Made by a program: the position numbers and the translations under genes. A DNA stretch of 64,000 nt from an uncultured bacterium (GTDB lineage Bacteria; Zixibacteria; MSB-5A5; GN15; FEB-12): positions 32,001 through 96,000 of the forward strand of contig CBDVDR010000008.1 in assembly GCA_965372795.1 (NCBI GenBank), written 5' to 3'. Of the stretch, positions 28,010-38,170 are shown in pieces (the stretch's first letter is position 1; the number at the start of each line of letters is the position of its first letter). The notes below the pieces were generated by a model. That model saw only the letters and a program-made list of their open reading frames with translations, did no database searches and had not been told where the DNA came from.

Positions 28010-30463
28010 TTAAAATAACTCCATTTTAATCTGTCCAAAAATCGAACGTTCAGCCCCAACATAATATTCCGCCCAGCCACCTACAACAATATTAGTGCCG
28101 TCATCATAGGCATAATTTCCGCCATAACCGGAGGTTTCATATTTTTTATCAAACAGATTGTCAACCTTGCCGGTAACGATAAGGTTGCCAATATTTAAAA
28201 AGTGGTCCATGCGATATGAAATTGATAATGATGCCACAGAAAAAGCATCTATAGCCAGATCATCAATATTCCACAACTCAAGATACTGTTGGCCGATAAA
28301 TTTATGCTTATAAGTTATCCGCCATTTATCAATTGTATAATCAGCAATAATATTACCTAACAATTCAGGGAATCCAGCAGCCTTCTTATTGTTAAAGTCA
28401 ACTTCGTATCCATCGAGCAGGGGCAGATAGTTTTTAATCCGATTATAATTGTAAGAGAAATTTCCTGACAGGCTTAAGCCTGTTTGAATCAAGTATGAAA
28501 AATTGCTTTCTATGCCGGCATGAACTGAGCGATCAGCATTGACAGTAATCGCTATGCCATCATCATCAATACCGCCATAAGGAATGATTTCATCCTGAAA
28601 ATCCATCCAGAACAGGCTTACGCCTGCCTGATATTTTTCAGCTCTATAATCTAAACCAAGTTCATAGTCATAGACCCGTTCAGATTTTGCGGTTGGATCA
28701 CCAAATTTATAGATAGTATCACTTCCAACAGTAGTCATACTTTCAACTTCAAGCGACGGCAGAATAAATGGGTCGTTGGCGTCATAGATTGAAGCATCGG
28801 TCGGGGTTCGCGATGAAATCGCAAAGTTGCCATAAAAACTTAACTTGTCCGATATTTTATAGCTGGCACCAATCCTCGGAGAGAAAAATAACCAGTCGAT
28901 ATCATAATCATGTCCGGCAAAGGCGCCAATTTTTGTCTGATCAAATTTGTACCTTTGATAACGCAGTTGGGCGGTGACTTGAGTTGAAAGTTTTTCGGTA
29001 AACCGATATTCTTCCTGGGCAAAAAACGAGCCAACATATTTATCGCCAAAATATTCATAATAACGTGATGGATTTGAAAGAATTGAATTTAAGTATTCGG
29101 CTTGTTTAACCTGTCCCCAATGTTCCGATTCAAAGAAATAGAAAGAACCGCCAATTGTGTGAGTTCCCTTTTCATGTTCAATCACTAAACTGGGGTTCCA
29201 CCCTAATTGATTTTTGCGTACCCATTGCTGGCGGACAAGGTTACCACTTGAGCTGTCACTTGAATTGTTAAGATTATATTCAGAATAATCACGACCGGTT
29301 TTTAACTGTTCGTAGTAGCCTTTACCGCGAATATAGTATAGGGTATTAGACAGAGTTGTTTTATCGTTGATACGATAAATATTATGCAGATGGTAATGGG
29401 GCTGGTTAAAGTTGTCCGTTTCATTTTCATATTCCAAAGGATTTGCCCGGCGATTAAGTTCTATCGCTTCGCGTGAGGAGCCCCAGTAGGAGAGGTGCAT
29501 CCTTATCGGACCGCCGTAGATATACAGTTCGGTGGTCATGTTTGGATCAAGCCGTCCCAGCCCAAAGAAATATGCCCAGCCTTCATACCAGCTGTTTTCA
29601 CGATAGCCACCGGTTTTCTGTTTTGAGAATCGTCCGGTAAACTGCCATTGCCCATCAATCAACCCCGAGGAATATTCAAGGGTATGCTTATAAATATCAC
29701 TGATGACTTTCCCGTCTGATGTATAAACACCAAATCCGGATGATAAGGAAGTAATTTGAGGCTGTGCAAAGATACTGGTGACAACATTTATAGAGCCCCC
29801 AAACGAGGCATCGCCGTAAAGTGAATTGCCTACTCCACGCTGAATTTGAATATCAGTTATATTTGAGGCAAAATCGGGTAGATCGACAAAATAGGTTGCC
29901 TGATCTTCGGGATCATTTAACGGTACTCCATTAATATAAGTTGAGATACGTTTGTCATCAAACCCTCTGATTTTCATATAGCTGTATCCAAGCGGTGAAC
30001 CGGCATCGGAAAAAGCATGAAGATTTGGAGTTGATTCAAGCAGTAATGGAAATTCGCCCACAGTATAATCGCGTTTGATTTCTTCTTTTGAAAAATTGTC
30101 AAAAGCAATTGGTGAAACACCAAGTTTGGCTCGGTTAGCAGTAACGATTATATCATCACTTCGTAAAAACATTTTTTTCAAAGTAATTTCAGGGGTTAAG
30201 TCCGATGCCTTAAATTTAATCGGGTAATATCCTACCGACGAAAAAGTCACATGGGTTATTCCTTTCATATCCGGCAGTTTAAAAACACCCATATCATTTG
30301 TTATTGTTCCAACCGCTTTCAAGTTGGTGATAACAGAAACCCCCAATAAGGGTTCTTTGTCAGAATTTGTTACTTTGCCGTTGATTTCATCGGCATTGAC
30401 CGAAGAAATCGTGAGCAAAAGGAATAGTAGTAACCCTGAAAAGTTTTTTGTGATTGTTCTCAT
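28010..30463 (-). CDS. TonB-dependent receptor, probable thiamine uptake
   Basis: Signal peptide, N-terminal CarboxypepD-like domain, IIVTA, IRGFD, INGVPLNDPE, QIQRGVG, C-terminal F; start moved to ATG 30463. Confidence 0.92.
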   Translation of the reverse strand: MRTITKNFSGLLLFLLLTISSVNADEINGKVTNSDKEPLLGVSVITNLKAVGTITNDMGVFKLPDMKGITHVTFSSVGYYPIKFKASDLTPEITLKKMFLRSDDIIVTANRAKLGVSPIAFDNFSKEEIKRDYTVGEFPLLLESTPNLHAFSDAGSPLGYSYMKIRGFDDKRISTYINGVPLNDPEDQATYFVDLPDFASNITDIQIQRGVGNSLYGDASFGGSINVVTSIFAQPQITSLSSGFGVYTSDGKVISDIYKHTLEYSSGLIDGQWQFTGRFSKQKTGGYRENSWYEGWAYFFGLGRLDPNMTTELYIYGGPIRMHLSYWGSSREAIELNRRANPLEYENETDNFNQPHYHLHNIYRINDKTTLSNTLYYIRGKGYYEQLKTGRDYSEYNLNNSSDSSSGNLVRQQWVRKNQLGWNPSLVIEHEKGTHTIGGSFYFFESEHWGQVKQAEYLNSILSNPSRYYEYFGDKYVGSFFAQEEYRFTEKLSTQVTAQLRYQRYKFDQTKIGAFAGHDYDIDWLFFSPRIGASYKISDKLSFYGNFAISSRTPTDASIYDANDPFILPSLEVESMTTVGSDTIYKFGDPTAKSERVYDYELGLDYRAEKYQAGVSLFWMDFQDEIIPYGGIDDDGIAITVNADRSVHAGIESNFSYLIQTGLSLSGNFSYNYNRIKNYLPLLDGYEVDFNNKKAAGFPELLGNIIADYTIDKWRITYKHKFIGQQYLELWNIDDLAIDAFSVASLSISYRMDHFLNIGNLIVTGKVDNLFDKKYETSGYGGNYAYDDGTNIVVGGWAEYYVGAERSIFGQIKMELF

Positions 30464-30500
30464 GACAGAAACCTCATTAAAAAAATTGTGAGATTCCGTC
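30464..30500 (-). promoter_or_regulatory. RBS-sequestering hairpin (expression platform of TPP riboswitch)
   Basis: GACGGAATCTCA pairs with TGAGGTTTCTGTC, which contains the SD directly before ATG. Confidence 0.65.
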
Positions 30501-30542
30501 CTGTTCGAAAGGAAGCCAAAAGGCTGGGGATGTAAATACATC

Positions 30543-30625
30543 TCCGTTTCCCTACGCCGGTATTATCCGGATCAGGTTTAGGGGTTATGATCTCAGGCGG
30601 ACATTTACGCCACCCCCAACGGAAT
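30543..30625 (-). ncRNA. TPP riboswitch aptamer
   Basis: GGGG...CTGAGA...ACCC..AACCTGATCCGGATAATACCGGCGTAGGGAA; P1 TCCGTT/AACGGA. Confidence 0.96.
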
Positions 30626-30797
30626 TATTATCTTCTCATATAATAAATACGAAGCTATTCATTGGCGCAAGCTCTAATTATCAAACGGGATCAAGCAGAT
30701 AACATGTAAGTTTAATTTATCTAATGGTTTAAATTGGTTGACTTTATTTTCATAAAACATCAAATTCTTTTTCGTTGGGACATTTATTGGAGGATTA

Positions 30798-31376
30798 ATG
30801 AGGAAAATTCTTTTTACAATATTTTTATTGTTATTAATGGCTAACTCTACTCAGGCAAAGTCCAGATTTGCCCCAAAGCCGACTTTTGGAATAGGCGGAT
30901 ATTTTGGCGTTGAAGTTCCGGTAACACAGGACGATCAAGGTGATGGAACAGCCTTCGGAATTAAACTGATTATCAAGGCAATGCCTATTATAACCCTTGA
31001 GCCGTTTTTTACCTCAGCTCAATATGGCAAGGCTGTCTTTGACGTTGAGGGAGTAACAATGGACCTTGAGGGCTCAAAGCTGATCTCTTACGGACTAGAC
31101 GCAGTAATAGGAGCTCCGATTGGCACGCCTGGCTTTAATCCCTATTTTGTCGGTGGAATCGGGTATTATAAATTTTCCCGGGAACAGACAAATTTATTTG
31201 ATAACGATAAGTCAGAATTGGGATACGCGGGCGGTATGGGATTCAAGATAAATTTGAACCAGTCTTTGTCACTTGATGTTCGGGGGAAATTTAATGTGAT
31301 TCCGGTAGAAAGTAACAGCTCGAGAAAATCACTTTCACTTGTAGGCGGTTTAAATTTCTATTTTCGAAGTTATTAG
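30798..31376 (+). CDS. 8-stranded OmpA-like outer-membrane beta-barrel
   Basis: Signal peptide, NPYFVGGIGY, GYAGGMG, terminal amphipathic strand GLNFYF. Confidence 0.8.
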   Translation: MRKILFTIFLLLLMANSTQAKSRFAPKPTFGIGGYFGVEVPVTQDDQGDGTAFGIKLIIKAMPIITLEPFFTSAQYGKAVFDVEGVTMDLEGSKLISYGLDAVIGAPIGTPGFNPYFVGGIGYYKFSREQTNLFDNDKSELGYAGGMGFKINLNQSLSLDVRGKFNVIPVESNSSRKSLSLVGGLNFYFRSY

Positions 31377-31390
31377 GAGTCTGAATTACT

Positions 31391-31924
31391 ATGATAAAAA
31401 AATCTTTATTACTTTTTTCCATATTCGCCTTACTTGTGACGAGTGGATGTATTTTGATGTCCGGAACTTTTACAGTTACCGAATCATTCTCGTTTAATCT
31501 TCAAACCGGATTTTATCCTCTAAGAGTAAATTTGACTGATGAAGAGGATTGGGATGATCACAAAGATGAAATTGATAGAATTGATCTTATTGGCTTTGAA
31601 ATATTTATGACTAACGATGAAGACAATGATATTACTTTGAATTTATATATAGATGATGCTGAAAACCCGCTTCATAGCAATTATACTTTGATGCGAAACA
31701 GTGCGATCAGGATTCTTGACCACTATGAACTTGAAGCGGGACCCAATCAATCGAGTCATATTACATATGGCGAATCATTTCAGTACCTTGAGAATATAGA
31801 GGAACTAAAAGAATTCGCAAAACAGGGTAAGTTTAATCTTTATGGAGTTACCAAGACCGGGGGATCGAGCGCCTTTAAAATTGACAGCGGGAAAGTAGTA
31901 ATAACTTTTACAGCACATGATTAA
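31391..31924 (+). CDS. Hypothetical lipoprotein
   Basis: Lipobox TSGC; SD AGGAG. Confidence 0.75.
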   Translation: MIKKSLLLFSIFALLVTSGCILMSGTFTVTESFSFNLQTGFYPLRVNLTDEEDWDDHKDEIDRIDLIGFEIFMTNDEDNDITLNLYIDDAENPLHSNYTLMRNSAIRILDHYELEAGPNQSSHITYGESFQYLENIEELKEFAKQGKFNLYGVTKTGGSSAFKIDSGKVVITFTAHD

Positions 31925-32079
31925 ATAACAATCGACTTTTTTGTCGGTTTTTTGTTGCGTATTTTTATCGTTTATTAGAAATTTATCATATTGGAATAGG
32001 GGATGCGGAGTTTCCTGTTAAGACATAACAGTCTGTATCCGAAGATAATTATAACAAACAAACTTTAAGGAAATTTAGC

Positions 32080-32871
32080 ATGAAAAAACAGGTAATTATT
32101 TTCATTACCTTGCTGCTCGTATTACCTTTTGTATTCAACGGATGTAACATCTTTGGGTGGACCGGTGGCGAAAGCACCGACTCACTAATTGATGATGGTA
32201 ATAAAGAGATGCGCGATGGCAATTATGAAGCTGCTTTAGAAAAATTCGCTCAGGCAGTTGCAGAAGACTCACTTCATTCCGATGCCCTTTATTTTCACGC
32301 AAAGGCAACAATGTATGCCGCTAATTTTAATGTATTAAGGTTAGCCACCATGATGTCAGATGCTGACTATTTTTCAGATCAGGATTTGCCGTTCATGGGA
32401 CCGGAATGGAAAGCAGACAACAGCTTTGAGGCAAATAATCTTTATACATCAATTTGTATTGTTTACAATGATCTCAACCCAATTTTTTACGGAAAGACTC
32501 ATGGTACTCTGGACAGTAATGATATAGATCTGGAATATGCAATCGCCCTCGCAATTAATGGGCTTCTTTTATTCCAGGATACAAATGCCGATGGTGTGAT
32601 TAATGGTGCCGATTTTAACCTGGATATTATTTTTGATTCTATTAACGATGATTTTGAAATCGATAATTTTACCGAGTTTGTCAACAATTATTCAGATAAA
32701 GAGCGCCAGGAATTTTTCGAAGCAATTGGTTCTTTAATAACTGAATCCGGTGATATTATTATAAGTATTATTGAATCAAAGATTGATTCAACCGAAGGCG
32801 GATTTGATACCGAAGAAATCGAAGATTTACTGGATGAAATCGATGAAATTATCGCCACTTACGGTGGTTGA
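32080..32871 (+). CDS. Acidic lipoprotein with N-terminal TPR and EF-hand-like motif
   Basis: Lipobox FNGC; GNYEAALEKFAQA; DTNADGVINGAD. Confidence 0.75.
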   Translation: MKKQVIIFITLLLVLPFVFNGCNIFGWTGGESTDSLIDDGNKEMRDGNYEAALEKFAQAVAEDSLHSDALYFHAKATMYAANFNVLRLATMMSDADYFSDQDLPFMGPEWKADNSFEANNLYTSICIVYNDLNPIFYGKTHGTLDSNDIDLEYAIALAINGLLLFQDTNADGVINGADFNLDIIFDSINDDFEIDNFTEFVNNYSDKERQEFFEAIGSLITESGDIIISIIESKIDSTEGGFDTEEIEDLLDEIDEIIATYGG

Positions 32872-32887
32872 GAATATAGGAGAAAAA

Positions 32888-33988
32888 ATGAAATATTTTC
32901 AATATACAGTTAAGATTCTAATAATTGGCGTGATGGTCTTGTGCCTTAGCGGACCAAAAACATCAGCCGAGGTACCTAATGTGAATTTCCAGGATGTTCG
33001 CGCTCTGGGAATGGGTGGAGCCGGGCTAACAACAATCGATGGTTTTAGTTCTCTCATTTACAATCCGGCATCATTAGCCAAAGCCGAATTTGGACTTGAG
33101 ATTATCAATGTTCAGGCAAATATGAGTAAAGATATTATCGATTTAATCGATTTTATTGATGATAATGAAGATGTCTTCGATGATTTTGATATCCTGACCG
33201 ATGAAGAACAAGAACAACTTTTGAAAGATATGGATAAATTTGATAACAACAGTATTGGAGTCGGTGTTTATCCAAAAATCGGAGTCGTTTTCAAAGGTGT
33301 TGCATTTGGTGTGTATGGCACAGGCAATGTTGATTTTAAATTAGATAAGGGTATTTTTGATCCGAAAATTTTTGCAATCGGTCATGTCGATGTTGTTTAT
33401 TCAGCCGGTTATGGAACAAAACTTCCCCTTGGAATAATTGGATTTCTGCCAAATGATCTTTATGTCGGCGGAGCTTTAAAAATTATAAATAGAAGTTTTG
33501 TTAACTACAAAAGTGCCGCCTCGGATGCTGATTTTGAAACCGTACTTGACAGTCTTGAAGAAAATGAAACCAACGGGTTTGGTGTTGATCTTGGCGCACT
33601 TTATGAAGTGATCCCGGAGAAATTAACAGTTGGTTTGAAAGTTACCGATATTCTTTCGGATATTGGTGATGAAAAAATGCCAATGATTGTCAACATAGGA
33701 GCATCGCTCAAACTTAACGAGGCTCTGCTTCTTTCGGCTGATTATAATGATTTCTTCATGCACCGAGGTGCCAGTTTCTTTAATCGTTTATATCTTGGCG
33801 GAGAATATTCACTTGGTAATATTCTATTAGCCCGGGCAGGCTTTGCTCAGGGTTATCCGTCAGTCGGCGCCGGATTAAATCTGGGTGCAATACAGATTGA
33901 CGGTGCGATCTATGGTATTGAAAAATCCAAATCACCTGGTGGTGACGGCGATTATAACTATTCGGTTCGTTTAAAAATCGGCTGGTAG
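32888..33988 (+). CDS. Outer-membrane beta-barrel, TraF_2/FadL/PorV-like superfamily
   Basis: Signal peptide, RALGMGGA, YNPASLA, GFGVDLGALY, C-terminal W; start moved to ATG 32888. Confidence 0.75.
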   Translation: MKYFQYTVKILIIGVMVLCLSGPKTSAEVPNVNFQDVRALGMGGAGLTTIDGFSSLIYNPASLAKAEFGLEIINVQANMSKDIIDLIDFIDDNEDVFDDFDILTDEEQEQLLKDMDKFDNNSIGVGVYPKIGVVFKGVAFGVYGTGNVDFKLDKGIFDPKIFAIGHVDVVYSAGYGTKLPLGIIGFLPNDLYVGGALKIINRSFVNYKSAASDADFETVLDSLEENETNGFGVDLGALYEVIPEKLTVGLKVTDILSDIGDEKMPMIVNIGASLKLNEALLLSADYNDFFMHRGASFFNRLYLGGEYSLGNILLARAGFAQGYPSVGAGLNLGAIQIDGAIYGIEKSKSPGGDGDYNYSVRLKIGW

Positions 33989-34031
33989 CCGAAGTATTGT
34001 GTGATTATAAGTTACTAACAAAATTTATAAT

Positions 34032-34067
34032 AAAATAAAAACCGCCGTCCCTATACAGGGACGGCGG
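34032..34067 (-). terminator. Intrinsic terminator between convergent genes
   Basis: CCGCCGTCCCT/AGGGACGGCGG stem, T-rich tail on minus strand. Confidence 0.8.
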
Positions 34068-34131
34068 AATCACAAAGGAGACCAGATAGAGGGAGAAAAA
34101 TTTGTAATACTAAATTAGTTTTTCCTTCTTC

Positions 34132-34659
34132 TTAGTTCTCCCGGTTCTCCTGTGTTAAGGCAACACAAATAATTCCCAGATCATTTTTCAAAAGCTCAAA
34201 ATATTTACTTAACTGTTGTTCACGGTTGACAAAGTTATCTTTACGCTGCAATTGCAAAAATATTTTTTCCTTAGCCATTGTTGATGCATAAGCTGTTTTT
34301 AATTTACTCTCTTTGCCAACATTTTTTGTTTTAGTCATATCGTTAGAAGACTGTATCCACTTGGATTGCTTTTCATAATATCTTAATCGTTCACGACTTG
34401 AAGCTATATCATGATTTATAATTTTGAGAACTCGTTGATGGAAATTGCTTGTCTTTGTAATTTTGCGACTTAAACAGGCATCTTTCCAAAGTTCATAGCC
34501 ATATTGGAGTTTTTTATAAGTTAACGATGTTTGTTCAAGATCATAATCGTCTAATAAAATCAATTCATCAGACGAACTCGTTTGAATTGTTTCTCCTGCT
34601 GAAACCAAAGAAAATCCCGCCAAAACTATCACTCCCAAAATTACAGAAAATCTTAACAT
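34132..34659 (-). CDS. Hypothetical exported helical protein
   Basis: Signal peptide MLRFSVILGVIVLAGFSLVSA from ATG 34659. Confidence 0.65.
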   Translation of the reverse strand: MLRFSVILGVIVLAGFSLVSAGETIQTSSSDELILLDDYDLEQTSLTYKKLQYGYELWKDACLSRKITKTSNFHQRVLKIINHDIASSRERLRYYEKQSKWIQSSNDMTKTKNVGKESKLKTAYASTMAKEKIFLQLQRKDNFVNREQQLSKYFELLKNDLGIICVALTQENREN

Positions 34660-34860
34660 TCTAAATGCCTTCCCTTTTTGTTGTTCCACCTGCCTATAAC
34701 ACAAAAGTTATGCCAAAACTTATTTGGCTGAATAACAATAAGATAGGCGAATTAATGGATTAAAGAATTATGGGAATTTTTTGAAAGTATGGGAAGGCTC
34801 CCATACTGAATTATTGAAAAATGCGTTGACTATAGTAAATCAATATAGAGGTTACGCCTC

Positions 34861-35799
34861 CTATTTATTTTGTTTTTTATATTCAGAGGTAATTAGATTC
34901 AACATTTGAAAACCCATGGTAGAATCAGCATCAAAAAGAAAGCTCAGGATTGAGTCCGCCTGAGGGACAAAACCGTTTAATGAGTATGAGGCACCAAGTC
35001 CAATCCACCCGGCGTAATATAGAGAATCCTGTGAGACAATATATTTAAAGCCTTCTATCGCCGGCGAATATTCCTGATCGTAAAAATATATTAAAGCTAA
35101 TGATTGCATACAGTCACGGTAATTTTGGCGGTAAGTGAGCGCTTTTTTATAGTTACTAATAGCTTCATCTTTTTTCCCAAGATCCTGTTTGATTCTTCCC
35201 AGAAAATAAAACAGCTCGGAGTCTTTTCCCTTGGCAGCGACAGATTTTTCAAAATAAAATTCAGCACTGTCTAATTTTTTTAAGCCTGCAAATGATGATC
35301 CTAATGAAAATAGAGTAATGGCATTATTGGGCATAATCGAATCAGCTTTATGCAGGATTTCAATCGCCATATCTATTTGCCCGCCTTTAGCATATTCCCG
35401 TCCAAGATTTGATAGATAAACCGGGTTGTACGGTTCCAGTCCGACCGCTTTTTTAAAAAATTGAATAGCTTGATTCGGATTATTTTCATTACTGTATATG
35501 GCGCCGAGATTGTTATTTAGATCAGCATCAACAGAATTTATCTTAAAAGCTTTCAGGAATAAATCTTTGGCTAATTCCTGATTACCCACCGCAGAATGAG
35601 CAACACCTAAATTTCTCATGGCAGAAAAATGATCCGGTCTTAACTTGAGAGCGTTTTTATAATTATCTATCGCTTTTTGATAATCTTTATCGGTTAAACC
35701 CTTGCCGCCTTTTTGAAGGTATATCTGCAGGGAGTCAGCCGCGTTTATTGAAGCAGCTAATAAGAGAATTGATGTAAATATTATTAATAATTTTTTCAT
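34861..35799 (-). CDS. Exported tetratricopeptide-repeat protein
   Basis: Signal peptide; repeated NLG/SLG...A...F..A...P units. Confidence 0.9.
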   Translation of the reverse strand: MKKLLIIFTSILLLAASINAADSLQIYLQKGGKGLTDKDYQKAIDNYKNALKLRPDHFSAMRNLGVAHSAVGNQELAKDLFLKAFKINSVDADLNNNLGAIYSNENNPNQAIQFFKKAVGLEPYNPVYLSNLGREYAKGGQIDMAIEILHKADSIMPNNAITLFSLGSSFAGLKKLDSAEFYFEKSVAAKGKDSELFYFLGRIKQDLGKKDEAISNYKKALTYRQNYRDCMQSLALIYFYDQEYSPAIEGFKYIVSQDSLYYAGWIGLGASYSLNGFVPQADSILSFLFDADSTMGFQMLNLITSEYKKQNK

Positions 35800-35880
35800 A
35801 ATTTATATATCGGTTATACAGTTAGTTTCCTAATCCATTCCATGAAATTGTGATTTCCCTGAAATATTGATTTTAAAATA

Positions 35881-35913
35881 AAATAAACGGCTTGATTATC
35901 AAGCCGTTTATTT
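35881..35913. terminator. Perfect palindrome, terminator after rex
   Basis: AAATAAACGGCTTGAT-T-ATCAAGCCGTTTATTT. Confidence 0.75.
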
Positions 35914-35974
35914 CTTAAGCCGGAAGGCGCTTAAAAGAGGTATCCTTCGTTTCATCCTTGAACAAAGGTTTTAT

Positions 35975-36643
35975 CTATTTAACCCTTTTAGGGGTATGAT
36001 TGTTCACCATTGCAAAAGATAAATATTCCAATTCCATAGACATATTTTCATTTCTTAAATGAACATCAACCGGAACTTTTAAATTCACAGGAGCAAAATT
36101 CAGAATGGACTTAACTCCCGCACTGATAACATCATCGACGATATATTGCGCAACAGTAGCCGGTACGGCTAAGACAACAATTTCGATCCCATCCTCGGCA
36201 AGTTCCTTTTCGAGATTACTGATATCTGAAACAATAATACCCTTATGGTTCGAGCCAATTTTGCGTTGATCGTTATCGAACAATTTTACTATTTTAAAGC
36301 CTTGTCGCATAAATTCTTTGTAGCTGACTAACGCTGAACCAATATTACCGATACCGATTAGAGCAACTTTCCATCGTTTGTCAATGCCCAGGATTGAAGC
36401 AATTTTCTTTTTCAATTCCAGAACCGGATAGCCAAGCCCGCGAGTCCCAAATGAACCAAAAAATGAAAGGTCTTTTCTGACTTGAGCAGGAGTAAGCCGC
36501 TCTCTTTTAGCAAGTTCTTTGGAGGAAACCGTTTCGTAATTTTCTTTTTCCAACAATGACAAAGCCCGATAGTACAAAGACAAGCGATGGATAGTCGATT
36601 CTGATATTCTTTTTTTCAAAATTGTTCTTTCGGCACCATTCAT
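35975..36643 (-). CDS. rex: Redox-sensing transcriptional repressor Rex
   Basis: RLSLYYR, VSSKELA, QVRKDLSFFGSFGTRGLGY, GIGNIGSAL, ILNFAP. Confidence 0.97.
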   Translation of the reverse strand: MNGAERTILKKRISESTIHRLSLYYRALSLLEKENYETVSSKELAKRERLTPAQVRKDLSFFGSFGTRGLGYPVLELKKKIASILGIDKRWKVALIGIGNIGSALVSYKEFMRQGFKIVKLFDNDQRKIGSNHKGIIVSDISNLEKELAEDGIEIVVLAVPATVAQYIVDDVISAGVKSILNFAPVNLKVPVDVHLRNENMSMELEYLSFAMVNNHTPKRVK

Positions 36644-36687
36644 AAGCAAACCCTCTAATTGTATAAGAATTTAAATATAATTATTCT

Positions 36688-36705
36688 ATGTGAAATGCTT
36701 CACAA
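36688..36705. promoter_or_regulatory. Rex operator upstream of rex
   Basis: ATGTGAA-ATGC-TTCACAA, one mismatch to TTGTGAA-N4-TTCACAA. Confidence 0.8.
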
Positions 36706-36826
36706 AAAATAATACCATTTAGTCAAAATTAAGTCAAGTGAAATTTTTAACAAGATATCGGACAAATGCTGTCGTTCTTAATCTGTTTATTATAATTTAA
36801 AAAACTAATTTACATAGTATTACTTA

Positions 36827-37993
36827 TTATTTACTAATTTGACGTAGTATTTGAGAATTAATACAGGCCAGAGTTTCATAATTTATGGACCCTGATAATC
36901 CCGCAAGTTGTTCTACTGTAATAGATTCTGAATTGTCAGAGCCGATCAGGGTGACCTCATCACCGATTTTTACACCTTTGATATCGGTTATGTCAACCAT
37001 TGTCAGGTTCATGCAAATCCGTCCCCGAATCGGGGCTCTTTTCCCATTTATCAACATATAAGCCAAATTAGATAAATTTCGGTCATAGCCATCGCTGTAG
37101 CCAACCGGAATAATCGCCAAAGTAGTCGGCGTGGTGGTGCGATAGGTACAGCCGTAGCCGATAAAACTGTCGGCTGAGAGTTTTTTGATCTGGGTAATTC
37201 TTGATTTTAAGCTTAAAACGGGGCTAAAAAGGTTGTTCTCGCCACCTTCAAGGCGGTAGGACAAATAAGTTTCTTTTGAGGGCCAGTGCCCATAAGCTGA
37301 AATTCCCGGTCTTACCAGATCAAAACGGGTTTTTTCAAACAGGATCAGAGCTGCCGATGAGGCGGTATGCCTGATTTTTGGTTTAATTTTTAATTTTTCC
37401 ATTTTCTGAATCAGGGCTTTAAAACATTTGAGTTGTTGTTCAGCGTATTCATGATTGGTGGTGTCTTCGATATTGGCAAAATGCATCGAGGCGCCATAAG
37501 GCTTATCCAAAGATTTGTATTTTTTATATATTTTTGCAAATTCCGGAAGTTCTTTTTCAGTTATTCCCTGTCGGTTGGTTCCGGTTTCGAGTTTTAGATG
37601 AGTTTTTATCGGAGTTCCAAGTTTGTCGCCGGCTTTACCCAAATCGGTTAAGCTTTGACTGGTAAAAACTGTCGGTTCGATATCATAATGAAAAATATCA
37701 TTGACTTCCTCTTTCAGAAAGGGACCCAGCAGCAGAATTTTTCGATCCCAGCCGGCAAATCGCGCCTGGATTGCCTCGGACATCTCATGGACGGTGATAT
37801 ATTCCACTGATTTTTCAGAGTTCAACATCGTGACGATTTGGGAGAGTCCATGACCGTAGGCATTAGCTTTGACCGAGACAGCGACGGGTCGGTTATTGGC
37901 AAGTTTGACCAGTGACTGGATATTTTTTCTGAAGGCTGATTGTGACAGTTCAATCCATTTGAGGTGGCGGGTCTGTTTTGATATTTTTTTCAT
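36827..37993 (-). CDS. alr: Alanine racemase
   Basis: VKANAYGHG, HLKLETGTNRQG, VRPGI, IGYGCTY, VGYSDG, GRICM. Confidence 0.96.
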   Translation of the reverse strand: MKKISKQTRHLKWIELSQSAFRKNIQSLVKLANNRPVAVSVKANAYGHGLSQIVTMLNSEKSVEYITVHEMSEAIQARFAGWDRKILLLGPFLKEEVNDIFHYDIEPTVFTSQSLTDLGKAGDKLGTPIKTHLKLETGTNRQGITEKELPEFAKIYKKYKSLDKPYGASMHFANIEDTTNHEYAEQQLKCFKALIQKMEKLKIKPKIRHTASSAALILFEKTRFDLVRPGISAYGHWPSKETYLSYRLEGGENNLFSPVLSLKSRITQIKKLSADSFIGYGCTYRTTTPTTLAIIPVGYSDGYDRNLSNLAYMLINGKRAPIRGRICMNLTMVDITDIKGVKIGDEVTLIGSDNSESITVEQLAGLSGSINYETLACINSQILRQISK

Positions 37994-38170
37994 TGGTTTA
38001 ATTTATACAATCTGATGGGGGAGAGGCAACAAGTTTTATTTGGGGGGTGAGATCATGATCAAATTATTATTTATTTGCTGAAATAGAAATAATATTATAG
38101 ATTAATGTATCAACTTCTAAATCACGCAGGAGGATAAATTAGGTGAAAATGCGTAAAAGTAATTACTTAT

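Noticed and set aside
32888..33988. TraF-like barrel as evidence of a conjugative element
   Set aside because: No relaxase, VirB4, coupling protein or integrase nearby
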